A stretch of 64,000 nucleotides of DNA from Macrostomum lignano (taxonomy: Eukaryota). The translations under genes and the position numbers were made by a program. Location of the stretch: contig NIVC01000882.1 of assembly GCA_002269645.1 (NCBI GenBank), forward strand, positions 310,001 through 374,000. The letters run 5' to 3'. Below are positions 16,577 to 28,500 of this stretch, piece after piece. Under the pieces are notes generated by a model. That model worked only from the letters and a program-made list of their open reading frames with translations, was not told the origin of the DNA and made no database searches. Numbering within the stretch: position 1 is the stretch's first letter; the number at the start of each line of letters is the position of its first letter.

Positions 16577-19500
16577 GACCAAGCGGTGAAACTGCAGGAT
16601 CGCAGTAAATACAAGTCCATGTTCGACGACAGAGTAGGAGTCGACTACGAGGAGGTGCACGGTAATACCAATGAAGACATTGCTAATCTCATCAGTTGTT
16701 GCTTACAGATTTACCTGCAATCCTGCCCATCTTCAGACGTGCTACGCATATCGTTTCTCGAAGAGGAAGAAGACGAAGAATCGGCAGAGGAAGGAGAAAA
16801 GACTGCTCAGAAGGCGGCCAAGGAGCAGGGCGGTGAGGAGCTGACCGGCCGGTTCACAGGCAGCGGGCCTGGCCGCACTCTGTGGCGCAACATGCAGGAG
16901 GTGGAGGCCTCCGGACTGCTCTCAAAGCTATCTAAGGAGGAGGTCAAACTGCAAGAGGTTATTTTAGCAGCTAATTCTTTTATTATTCGATTAGCCGTTA
17001 CGTAAGAACGCAGTTTACAATTGTTTATTAAATTATTGGCCATACACCGTACAGGCGCAATTTGAAGTGATAACAACTGAAGCCACCTACTACAAGAGTC
17101 TCATGGTCGTGATTGATGTGTTCTACAATAGTCCACTCTTCGATCACACGCGGCCCAATGCTATTGTCCGAGCCTTGGACAAGCATTATCTGTTCTCAAA
17201 TATTGTTGACATATTTGACTGCTCAGCAACGTGAGTTCTTGAGAGTAGAATTGATTACAAACTACGCAGCTGTTTTAGTCAAGCATACAGCAAGCAAATT
17301 TGCACTCTACAGATTCCTGAAGTCCCTTGAAGACGAGTGGAAGAAAACAGTCATAATGGACTCCGTCAGCCAGGTGATTCTAGATCACATTGAGAAGCTG
17401 AAGGTGTACAAAGTCTACTGCCGCAACTTCTATTACCAGACAAAGACTCTGGAGAAGCTGCGCACCAATCCTGAATTCGTGGCGCAGCTCACCGAGCTGG
17501 AGAGGCGGCCCGAATGCCGCATGATCCCGCTGCAGAGCTACCTGGAGATGCCGATGAAGCGCGCGATGAGCCTCCAGCTGCTCATGGACGCCGTGATGCG
17601 CCGCATGCCGGAGAACTCGCACCGCTACAGCCTGGGCATGCGGGCGCTGGGCCAGCTGCTCAGCCTGGCCAGAGAATGCGACCAGGAGTCGCGAATGATG
17701 TCCGAGAAGGAGCAGATGCTGAAGCTGCAGAACCAGCTGTGCTTCTCTAAAGTCAAGGTGCGTCAGAATAGATTGTCGACAATTCTTTTTTTGTTTTGTT
17801 TTGCTTGCATAACTCAGGTGTACTTTCGAACTGAAGATTCGTACTTTCAAGATAATCGAACTCAATCGCTTAACTTCGCCATTTGCCTCGATAGAAAGTC
17901 GGCTGCTGGGGAGGAAACCGGCATCTGATCAAGGAGGGCCAAATGCGAGTGATCAACGCCGTGCCCAACACGCAGGGCTTTGTGAGCAAGATGTCGCTGA
18001 GAAAGACCTACCTGCAGTTGCACGCATTCTCGGACCTGTTGATCGTGTCCAAACCGAAAGGGTGAGCAAAGGCTTGGTTTTGCCTCTATCATCTTATGAG
18101 CGTACTTTCTCTTACTTTTCAATTTACCACTACTTGCTACTTACTTTGCAGTGATCAAGGCTTCCAGGTGTTGAAGCACTGCCCTCGCTCGTTTGTTGAC
18201 GCCGATTGCGCTCCGGTGCAAGGAGGCGGAAGCAGCGGCAGCGCCAGCGCCAGCGGTGGAGCAGGTCTCAGCGGTAGTTCGAGCTCACTTCAGAGGTGGA
18301 CCCTTCGGCTGCGCATTCTCGACAGATCCGATGGAACGCCGGAGGTGAGCAGGCGGCTTTGCAGTTCTGATTTTGATTGATCACCTGCTGTGTACTCCGA
18401 AAAGACGAAAATGTACGCAATGCGTCAATATGTTATTAAAATATCGTTGAAAAATCCAGATAGTATGAAACTACCTGGTGTTACATACCGTACTGGCTTC
18501 ACAGGCTCTTTAGACCAGGTCCAGAGGGGTTTTAGGGGGCTGTAGCCTAGTGGTTAGAGCGTCGGACTCACGATTGAAATGTCGGGGGTTCGATTCTCGA
18601 CCCACTCGAAACAATCTGTGTCCTTGAGCAAGACACTTAACTCTGCATTGCTTCAGTTCACCCAGCTGTAAAATGGGTGCCAGCATTAGCTGGGGTAATT
18701 GAGGGTGTGCGGCGACCCCCCAGTCCTTGGACTGAACAGCCGTACGCAGCCTTCAGATGCGCCGCGCAATAGCTGTGGCTGAGCTGTCGGTTGCATATCT
18801 GGCCCAATTGGGCAGGTGTAATCAATTATTATTATCACTATTAGAGGTCCAGAAGTGGATCAGAAAGGATCAGAAATAGTTTCAAAAATATGTTAGTCCC
18901 GTCTCACAAATGCATTTTGCCTCCCCGGCTCAGGTGACGCTCCTCCTTGAGCCGAAGTCCCGCGAAGAAGCCGACCGCTGGCTGATGATATTCAGCCCGA
19001 GAGACGAACTCGGCGACCCGGTGTACGACCCGGACGACTGTCCACAGGCCAAGGTGGTGAAAGCCTACAGGGCGCAGCAGAAGGACGACCTTGAATTGCG
19101 TGAGGGAGAAATTGTCAGTATCTACAAGAAGACTGAGGAGGGTGAGTCACAGGGTTAGTCTTGCTCATTATATGACCCATCCCCAACTTGCTATCTTAGT
19201 GCTGATTCGGCCAAATCTGTGATGCTTTTTAGCTTGCCAGTGCTACGATCGTACTCATTTTCAGCAACTTGAGCTTCATATAGTCACAAGTAGTGTGCCT
19301 GTATCGCGTAAGAAAAACTCGTAGAAACTCGCATTTTTGAAACAACTATGTGGTTGTGCTTACAATAGTTAAATAGACCATTGAACACAGCAGGGCCATA
19401 CACTATAGTTTTTTGGGGATGGGATGGTGTAGCACACATAGTGGTCCATAGACTATAGCTGTTGGGGATGGTGTTGCACTCATAGTGGGCCATAGACTAT

Positions 19501-21926
19501 AGCTGTTGGGGATGGTGTTGCACTCATAGTGGGCCATAGACTATAGCTGTTGGGGATGGTGTTGCACACATAGTATAGACTATAGCTGTTGGGGATGGTG
19601 TTGCACTCATAGTGGGCCATAGACTATAGCTGTTGGGGATGGTGTTGCACACATAGTATAGACTATAGCTGTTGGGGATGGTGTTGCACTCATAGTGGGC
19701 CATAGACTATAGCTGTTGGGGATGGTGTTGCACTCATAGTGGACCACAGACTATAGCTGTTGGGGATGGTGTTGCACACATAGTGGGCCATAGACTATAG
19801 CTGTTGGGGATGGTGTTGCACTCATAGTGGGCCATAGACTATAGCTGTTGGGGATGGTGTTGCACACATAGTATAGACTATAGCTGTTGGGGATGGTGTT
19901 TCACACATAGTGGGCCATAGACTATAGCTGTTGGGGATGGTGTTGCACATTCTATCGCAGGTAGGTCGCACATGGGGAGGGCATATCTAAGGTATAAACA
20001 CAAACTTGAACTTTAATGGCGATGAGGCCAACTGTAGATTGCACCGCTTTTAATAAATTTCTGCTGGAGCTTCAGTTCCGTCTAGTCAAAGATTTTTTCT
20101 TATCCTTTTTTGAAGTTTCTAAAAGTAATCGCATTTGGGGTGGCAGTTGCACAAACTTGCTCATCACTAAGAATTTTTTAACATCAGCACCCAGTCAAAA
20201 GACACCTAGCTATTACGCGTAAAAACGGTCACTAACAGGTTCTTTCCATGCTCAACAAGCTACCCATTCTGGGAAGCATTTTTCAGTTTAGTCTCAACAA
20301 AACCGCTGTAAGTTGTTTTAATGCATGATTGATTGCGCCAAGACAGTTCAACTATTCTATTCAATATAAGTTTTTCATGAGTCTCGTACAAACCACAAGA
20401 TTCAGTACCAATTCAGTAAATGTTTGGATTGGATAAATTAATGTCAATAAAGCCGCATGCATCACGGAGGATCTCAAAGTAAAAAACGCTTTCGAGTTTG
20501 ATGGAGCTGATTATAAAAATACAAATGCGATTGCCACCCCGGTGCTTGCGTCCACGGTCTATATAATAGCTTATAATTTATGATGTCACTTTTTACTGAT
20601 GGAGATTGGAGCAGGATACGATACTGACGCTATTTTTAGGTAGTTAAACTTTTCGTGAAGCTATGCATGACCAAAGTGCACCGGCAAATTTCAGTTTGCC
20701 GGTGCACAACCCGGGTTGTAGCCTGGTAGTGGTGGTGTAGTGGTTAGAGTGTCAGATTCACGGCTGAAAGGTCGGGGGTTCGATTCTCGACCTTACTCGC
20801 TCGGAACAATCTGTGTCCTTGAGCGAGACTCTGCATTTCTTCAGTTCACCCAGCTGTAAAATGGATGCCAGCATTAGCTGAGGTAATTGAGGGTGTGTGT
20901 GGCGACCTCCCAGTCCTTGGACTGAACAGCCGTACGCAGCCTTCAGATGCGCCGCGCAATAGCTGCGGCTGAGCTGTCGGTTGCACATCTGGCCCAATTG
21001 GGGCAGGTGCAATCAACTATACTAATTAATTAATTCTCGTTCTTTTTCTTCAATGAAGGCAATATTTTTTAATAAATAATTTAGCTAATTGTTTTGCACC
21101 TCTTATCAAGGACGACAATATTGAAATTATTCGCACTAACCAATTAAACAAAAAGGTTTAAACCAAGGACAACTCAAGTAAAAGGACGGGAAATTACGTT
21201 TCTTAGAAAATGTTTAGAAGGCAGGTTTTGCCAGAAAAATACCGGAAAAAGCCAAACATAAAAAGATTGAATGAACCAGCCTGTGCCTTTGTTATGATTT
21301 TTTGGCACATGTCACGGATCTGATACGTAGAATAGAAAACTAACATAGATTCCTAATTTTCCAAACAAAAGGCTCTAAGAATATCAAACTAAGCTATAAG
21401 AAAGGCAATTCATATCAAAAGATGCAAATTGGGTCTGACCGCTATCAAAAGCAATTACAATTTTTTCGGTAAAGCCTGCATCCTAAAATTTTCCAAGAAA
21501 CATACTTTCCCGTCCTTCTTCTTGAGTAGTAGTCCTTGGTTCGAACGTAGATATTCGCGAACCCAAGCCAAGGAAAAAGACGATTGAAATTTAATGATTG
21601 ACCGTTTCAATAGTTGTGAATTAAATGTCAGTCTTCTATTTTCCGACACATCTGTTGGGCTATCTATGGAAAATCTTTAGAACCCCTCCCAATACAAATC
21701 ATTTCGAACGATTTGGACACACATCAACCTCATGCTTATCGCTTCATCAACAGGCTGGCTGCTGGGCAGCAGGCTCGCAGATCCCAACGTGCGCGGCTGG
21801 TTCCTGGCCAGCCACGTTCGCGAGATCGAGAACGACCACTACCGAGCCAAACTGCGGAAAGTGTCCTTCCGGCGGAAGAACGCCATTGCAATGTACGCCA
21901 GGAATAAATTTGAGAGCAAAGTTTGA
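16577..21926 (+). CDS. Ephexin/SGEF family RhoGEF (DH-PH-SH3); exons 16577-16654, 16709-16957, 17055-17230, 17313-17757, 17895-18061, 18152-18344, 18934-19141, 21754-21926
   Basis: Family pre-DH motif RTLWRNMQEVEASGLLSKLSKEEVKLQE|AQFEVITTEATY; DH core (HYLFSNI, VYCRN, LQSYLEMPMKR); PH (RHLIKEG, HAFSDLLIVSK); SH3 (AYRAQQKDDLEL...EGW...RGWF). All junctions are GT-AG and phase-consistent. Confidence 0.93.
18535..18843 (+). mobile_element. tRNA-derived CORE-SINE, family A
   Basis: A box TAGCCTAGTGGTTAG, B box GGTTCGATTCTC, MIR/CORE-like TGTGTCCTTGAGCAAGACACTTAAC...CAGTT...CTGTAAAATGGG, (ATT)n tail; three copies in the window. Confidence 0.88.
19447..19948. repeat. 44-bp (with 38-bp variant) minisatellite CATAGACTATAGCTGTTGGGGATGGTGTTGCACTCATAGTGGGC
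   Basis: Direct inspection; intronic. Confidence 0.95.
20730..21030 (+). mobile_element. CORE-SINE family A copy
   Basis: Colinear and highly similar to 18535-18843. Confidence 0.88.
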
Positions 21927-22214
21927 GTTTGTTGTGTTCCATTTAAGCGTGCTAATGAAATCCCTGCGAACCCGTAAGTTCTCTTGCGCCTAGCAGTGCA
22001 GCTCCCATTGTTCATTTTGTACTTGAATCTTCACCCATATTGTATGTACATGTAACTCTGTAAATTTTTTCACTTCCGACGAATGACCTTCCATTTCATT
22101 ATTAGCTTAATAACAGTTCTCATTGAGCCGAAACCCAGTTGTCCGGCCGATGACAGCGCTTTACACATTATTCTAAACTTGGCTTTAATAACCTTCACTA
22201 CTTTGACCCGGCTT

Positions 22215-23375
22215 CCAGTACCCTCCACTACTTCCAGCGAGGTTTCAGTACCCTCGACTACTTCCAGCGAGGTTCCAGTACCCTCGACTACTTCCAGCGA
22301 GGTTCCACTGCCCTCCACTACTTCCAGCGAGGTTCCACTGCCCTCCACTACTTCCAGCGAGGTTCCACTGCCCTCCACTACTTCCAGCGAGGTTCCACTG
22401 CCCTCCACTACTTCCAGCGAGGTTCCACTGCCCTCCACTACTTCTAGCGAGGCTCCACTGCCCTCCACTACTTCCAGCGAGGCTCCACTGCCCTCCACTA
22501 CTTCCAGCAAGGTTCCACTGCCCTCCACTACTTCCAGCAAGGTTCCACTGCCCTTCACTACTTCCAGCAAGGTTCCACTGCCCTCCACTACTTCCAGCGA
22601 GGTTCCACTGCCCTCCACTACTTCTAGCGAGGTTCCACTGCCCTCCACTACTTCCAGCGAGGTTCCACTTCCCTCCACTACTTCCAGCGAGGTTCCACTG
22701 CCCTCCACTACTTCCAGCAAGGTTTCACTGCCCTCCACTACTTCTAGCGAGGCTCCACTGCCCTCCACTACTTCCAGCGAGGTTCCACTGCCCTCCACTA
22801 CTTCTAGCGAGGCTCCACTGCCCTCCACTACTTCTAGCGAGGTTCCACTGCCCTCCACTACTTCCAGCAAGGTTCCACTGCCCTCCACTACTTCCAGCGA
22901 GGTTCCACTGCCCTCCACTACTTCCAGCAAGGCTCCACTGCCCTTCACTACTTCCAGCGAGGTTCCACTGCCCTCCACTACTTCCAGCGAGGTTCCACTG
23001 CCCTCCACTACTTCCAGCGAGGTTCCACTGCTCTCCACTACTTCCAGCGAGGTTCCACTGCCCTCCACTACTTCCAGCGAGGTTCCACTGCCCTCCACTA
23101 CTTCCAGCAAGGTTCCACTGCCCTTCACTACTTCCAGCAAGGTTCCACTGCCCTCCACTACTTCCAGCGAGGTTCCACTGCCCTCCACTACTTCTAGCGA
23201 GGTTCCACTGCCCTCCACTACTTCCAGCGAGGTTCCACTTCCCTCCACTACTTCCAGCGAGGTTCCACTGCCCTCCACTACTTCCAGCAAGGTTCCACTT
23301 CCCTCCACTACTTCCAGCGAGGCCCCACTTCCCTCCACTACTTCCAGCGAGGTTCGACTTCCCTCCACTACCTCC
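22215..23375. repeat. 30-bp frame-preserving minisatellite (CTTCCAGCGAGGTTCCACTGCCCTCCACTA)n; possible repetitive protein exon
   Basis: Tandem copies without indels; translates as PSTTSSEVPL (+), EVVEGSGTSL (-) or LAGSSGGQWN (-). Confidence 0.95.
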
Positions 23376-24164
23376 ACTTGACTTTTTCTTTAACTTCACC
23401 TCATCCTCAGCTTCCTGTTCTGCTCTGTCTGTACCTCTATACTTAAACATATATATTCTATACGTAACATTTCATACCACCAGCTTCGATCTCGCCGCGA
23501 GATTAAAAGGAAGCAAACCTGTCTTTCAAATTTCAATTTCAAATTCTCCCTTATCATTTGAGCCCCATCCCAATGCTGCTCTTAAATCTATTTGATTTTT
23601 TTAATTCTGCCTGACACCCCAGCGTGAAGTTCGTATTCCGTGAATCATATTTAAGTAAGCTAGTTTAATGAACAAAATTCAAGTTTTTTTATTTAAATTA
23701 TGGTGAAAGTGCGCACCTCCAAAACCATATACACAATCTACCATTGTGTTAAATACTGTATTTTCTACACTGTAAGTCTACTTTATCTTATGCATGCCTG
23801 CTTCGCATTAGATAATATCAATGTAAACTTGCTCGCCATTATTGTTGATAGACAATTGCTACTAAGGAGTGGTTAATTGACGGTCCTGTACTTGTATTAC
23901 GAGCGTACGATCACACTATGGAACTTCATTGCAGTGTTACACCACTGTTCCACAATATTTTTATACAGACTGCACATGTAATTTTCATCTCAAGCTGTCT
24001 GTTTCTACCTGTGTTATATTTGTATCCTAGATTGTTTTTAGCCAAGATGACATGCTCAAATGCCTTTGTCTCAATAAATATTATTTTAAGTACATAAATC
24101 TTATACATTCAGAATCTGTGTTTATATCTTATACATGCTATATTATACATAATCTTATACATTC

Positions 24165-24330
24165 AGAAGGTGCCGAAAATCCCGTAGGTCCCGAAGGTCC
24201 CGAATGTCCCAAAGGTGCCGAAGGTGCCGATGGTCCCGAAGGTCTCGAAGGTCCCGAAGGTCCCGATGGTCTCGAAGGTCCCGAAGGTCCCGAAGGTCCC
24301 GATGGTCTCGTAGGTCCCGAAGGTCCCGAA
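24165..24330. repeat. 9-bp repeat (GGTCCCGAA)n, GPE-like in one frame
   Basis: Direct inspection; embedded in AT-rich DNA. Confidence 0.85.
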
Positions 24331-25184
24331 ATGGAAGTGACAGACAGGCCTCTACGACGATGTAATATTTCGAGCTTTGAAAGCGAGCATTTGTACTGAA
24401 ATGTCCAATTAAATGCAAGTAAAAATACCATATGTTTACTTCTCGAAAATTCATATTTGTGAAACGAAAATAATGTATTACCAACTTTTAAAATTCTTTT
24501 AATAAATTGCTTATAATAAATTAAGCGCTTTTTAACTTAGAATTACATTGTTTACAGATCAAAAGCTTTACTACTCAAAAGTAGTAAGCAAAATTTTATT
24601 AAAGACCGCAAAATGGAGCATTAACTTGGAGGTGAAATAGTTTAGAATTCAGTCAGTTTTGGAGCAATATATACATAAAGTTCAATTTCGAATTACAGCT
24701 AATCATAGGAAAGGATGAAGACTATTCACAGTAGTTACAAATATTTGAGTAAATTATTCGTTTCTTAGAATGAACTATCTTAGAATCCACTTTAGTAGGC
24801 CCTGGTCGTTGAACCTTTAAACCGCGAGAACTTGGTCAAGAAGCTAGAGTACCAATTATTTTGAGTACAAACTCCCAATTTAACAAATTTTTTGGTCAAT
24901 CCAATTCTCCGAATCTCATTTTAATTAGTATCGTAGGGTTTTGAGTTTTAGCCAATGTGAGCTGTTTTTGACAGAGTTTCTGAAAGAAACAATTTACGGA
25001 AAAAAGGTTGTCACGCAAAAAAATCAATGGTTATACAACCAAGGTTTTTGAATTTCAGTGCGAAATTTGGTTTTAATTGAATTTGGTTTGACCAAACTTA
25101 AATTCTGAAAACTTGAGCCAGTCTTTTAAAATGAGCATTTAGTGAAGTTTTGCCACTTAACATTAAACCAAAAACAGCTCAGAA

Positions 25185-25498
25185 GGAGTTGCAGCCTAGT
25201 GGTTAGAGCGTCGGACTCACGACTTGAAGGTCGCGGGTTCGATTCTCGACCTTACTCGCTCGGAACAATCTGTGTCCTTGAGCAAGACACTTTACTCTGT
25301 ATTGCTTCAGTTCACCCAGCTGTAAAATGGGTGCCACCATTAGCTGGGGTAATTGAGGGTGTGTGTGGCGACCCCCCATGGCCAGTCCTTGGACTGAACA
25401 GCCGTACGCAGCCTTCAGATGCGCCGCGCAATAGCTGCGGCTGAGCTGTCGGTTGCACATCTGGCCCAATTGGGCCAGGTGTAATCAGTTATTATTAT
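25185..25498 (+). mobile_element. CORE-SINE family A copy
   Basis: Colinear with 18535-18843; 3' palindrome CTGGCCCAATTGGGCCAG. Confidence 0.88.
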
Positions 25499-25568
25499 AA
25501 GTTTTATTTTATGCCACTAGAGATTCTCGTTTGAACCCTGTTGAGCTCAACTCATCCCGTCGTCAGGG

Positions 25569-28500
25569 TCAGAGCAGCGGCAGCACCAGCACAATGAACA
25601 GAAGGATGACCGCCAGCACGCCGACGGTCATCAGGCCCTGGTCGATGCGCGTCGCCAGCCGCTTCATCGCCTGCGGACAGTCGGCATCGGTCCCTACCGC
25701 CCGCAGCGCCGCCCGCAACGGCTTCCAGCTCAGTCTGGATGAGTCGTCGCCGGACAACCCGACCAGGCGGCTGGTGGCCGCGATGGCGCAGACGTAGAGA
25801 GAGGCGATCAGCATCAGGCCATTGAGGAAGTGGCCTGACAATGGTTTTCAAGGAATAGGACATAGGGTTAGTCGATAGAGTTTGAACTACAGATAGGACT
25901 TTATGGGGATGATACGTGTCTTGGCGTACTACTGAGTAAAACATCAAACTGATGTAAAAAGATGTAGCCTTCAGGCCAAAGATTAGCAACTGACTGATTC
26001 TTTCGGTATAAATTAATCATCGAAAACTTACTCAGAGCTGGAACCTGCTTGATTTTAGGCATCATCTGATCGGTGAGCATGAGGTAGACTGTGAACGCCA
26101 GCAGCACAGTCAGCGACAGCTGGATCTTCTCCGACCCGTTGGACACCGGCAGTGAGAACACCATGAACAGCAGCAGGACCAGGTAGAGCACAGGTAGCAG
26201 CATGCTCACCAAGTAGTACCGGTGCTCCCGGCGTACGCTAATTGAGAACGTGTACACCGAGCGGCGGTACCCGCCTGGCCAGGCCACTGCGGCGACGCTG
26301 TCCGCCACGGTCAGCACCTGCCAGCCGCCGTTGCAGCCGGCCAGGAAGTCGGCCGGGCCATCGTTAGTGGTGCGCAGCTCGAAGCGGGCCTCCGAGTCCG
26401 ACAGGCTGTCGGAGAATAGCACCTGCGGCGAGGAGATGAAGGGCGGGAAGATTCAGTGGGATGGTCAGGGCAAAAGTCCTAATTCAGCAACCTCCAGTTT
26501 TAATTTTTATTAAGAGCCAGGGGGGCTGTGTGCCCATTCCGCCCGACTCCTCTGAGCAGGCACACAAGCGCGCGGATACGTACGCAGTCATACGCACAGG
26601 TACACACTCACACAGGAGTGTACAGCGGCCCTAACTTTATTTATCGTTAGGCATGTACACTTCACTGCGCTTTGGGGGGTTGGCCTTCAAGGGCTTTAAT
26701 TGCACGAGCAGAGCCAAGCCGAGATTCTAATTCAGCCCCAAATTAATGCGACTGCACTTGGAATCGAGTCTAGGCCGCTGGCGCATCAGAGCGCCGCGCC
26801 AGACCACTGGGCTACGGCCGTCCGGCACCTCCAGTTGACCCAGACTGTTCGCGGGAGAGACCTCTAGTCTTCCAACGTTTTCTACCGAAAATTGTAACTA
26901 ACATACGCGAGTCTTTTAGCTTGAGCATTTATACAAATACCTGAGACGGTAGTTGGGAGCTAAATCGACTTCAACAAGAAGCTTCGGGCCTTGTTGACAT
27001 TCCAGGCGGTCTCAGTTACTCTTTAGTTTTGAAAGTTTGCAATGTTACAAAAATGTAGCACAAATTCCACTAAGTTTTACATTTAACACATCTTTCGAGA
27101 CATTTTGGACAGCTTTGGGGGTTAACTGTATTTACACAGGGGGGCCGTAGCCCAGCGGTAGCGCAGCTGCTCTGGTGTGCCAGCGACCCAGGCTCGATTC
27201 CAAGTGCAGTCACATTAATTTGGGGCTGAATTGGAATCTCGGCTTGGCTCTGCTCGTGCAATTAACGGCCTTGAGAGCCAACCCCCCAAGGCGCAGTGAA
27301 GTGTACATGCCTAACGATAAATAAAGTTAGGGCCGCTGTACACTCCTGTGTGATTGTGTGCCTGCGTACGTATCCGCGCGCTTGTGTGCCTGCTCAGGGG
27401 AGTCGGCGGAATGGGCAGCAATGCCTCTCGCCGGTTGTGTGCCAATGTCGCTTAAAGTGCGCCAGGGTGCACACAACCCCCTGCCTCTAATAAAAAAAAA
27501 CTGTATTTATACAGGTGTAAACAGAGAACAATGTAAACGGCCGACCAGGAACAATGAGCATCAAGCAATGCGACCTTCACCTGAAAGCTGCAGTTATGCC
27601 GATCTTTGGGAAAGTGCACAAAGTTGACGTGATCGCAGTGGCCCACTGGCTGCAGAATGAGCTCCGTAGATGCGGCCATCAGCCGTCCCGTTGACGTGTG
27701 TCGCTCCATGCGAAGTCGATGCTGCGGATGCAGCGCCTGTCGGTCCGGGTCGGCGATTTCGGCATTCCACAGGGCCAGCCTGGGCTGCCAGTGCGCCGGG
27801 CTGTCGGCGGACAGATTCCAGCGCTGCAGCGGGTGTGAGAGCTTGTGATTACCGAGTGACAGTGAGTGTTCAGGCACCAGATGCCAAGTGACAGTGAGTG
27901 TTCGGGCACCAGATGCCGAGGGACAGTGAGTGTTCGGGCATTAGATGCCGAGTGACAGTGAGTGTTCGGGCACCAGATGCCGAGGGACAGTGAGTGTTCG
28001 GGCACCAGATGCCGAGGGACAGTGAGTGTTCGGGCACCAGATGCCGAGGGACAGTGAGTGTTCGGGGACCATGCAGATGCCGAGGGACAGTGGGTGTTCG
28101 GTGGGTGTTCACTACCGAGTGATAGTGATTTTGAGACTGAGTGATGTTTGGGTATCAGAGAAATTATTCGGAGTACAAGGTGCTACAAGTAAGCTCACTT
28201 TTCAGCTGTTGTACTACTCACTCAGGGATCTTGAGTAGTACAAGTGCAAGACAGTATATAGGGACTTTGTCTCACCAGTGCCAAAACTCCGCTGCTGTAG
28301 AACGTTTGACTGCTTACATCCTAAAATTGATGAGTGAAACTGTTTTCAGCAGAATAAAATTGAGCACATTCTGAATAGAAAATAGTCTCTAACCATGCTG
28401 TGAATCTTCTGCACGTAATAACGAATTTCCACTACGCGGGTGTCCACGCGGTGCGGCTCCTGGTCAGCAGCTCTCGGGGCCTTCGCGCTTGAATAAACAA

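Noticed and set aside
18535-18610. tRNA genes at SINE heads (also 20730, 25185, 27139, 47281)
   Set aside because: No acceptor-stem closure; each continues into a shared SINE body.
24052-24399. Collagen gene
   Set aside because: Only about 18 triplets, with AT-rich non-coding-like flanks and no signal peptide or splice support.
18700-27500. Hammerhead, HDV or twister ribozyme in SINE tails or satellites, as in schistosome repeats
   Set aside because: I found no CUGANGA/GAAA core with matching stems; a covariance-model search would be needed to exclude it fully.
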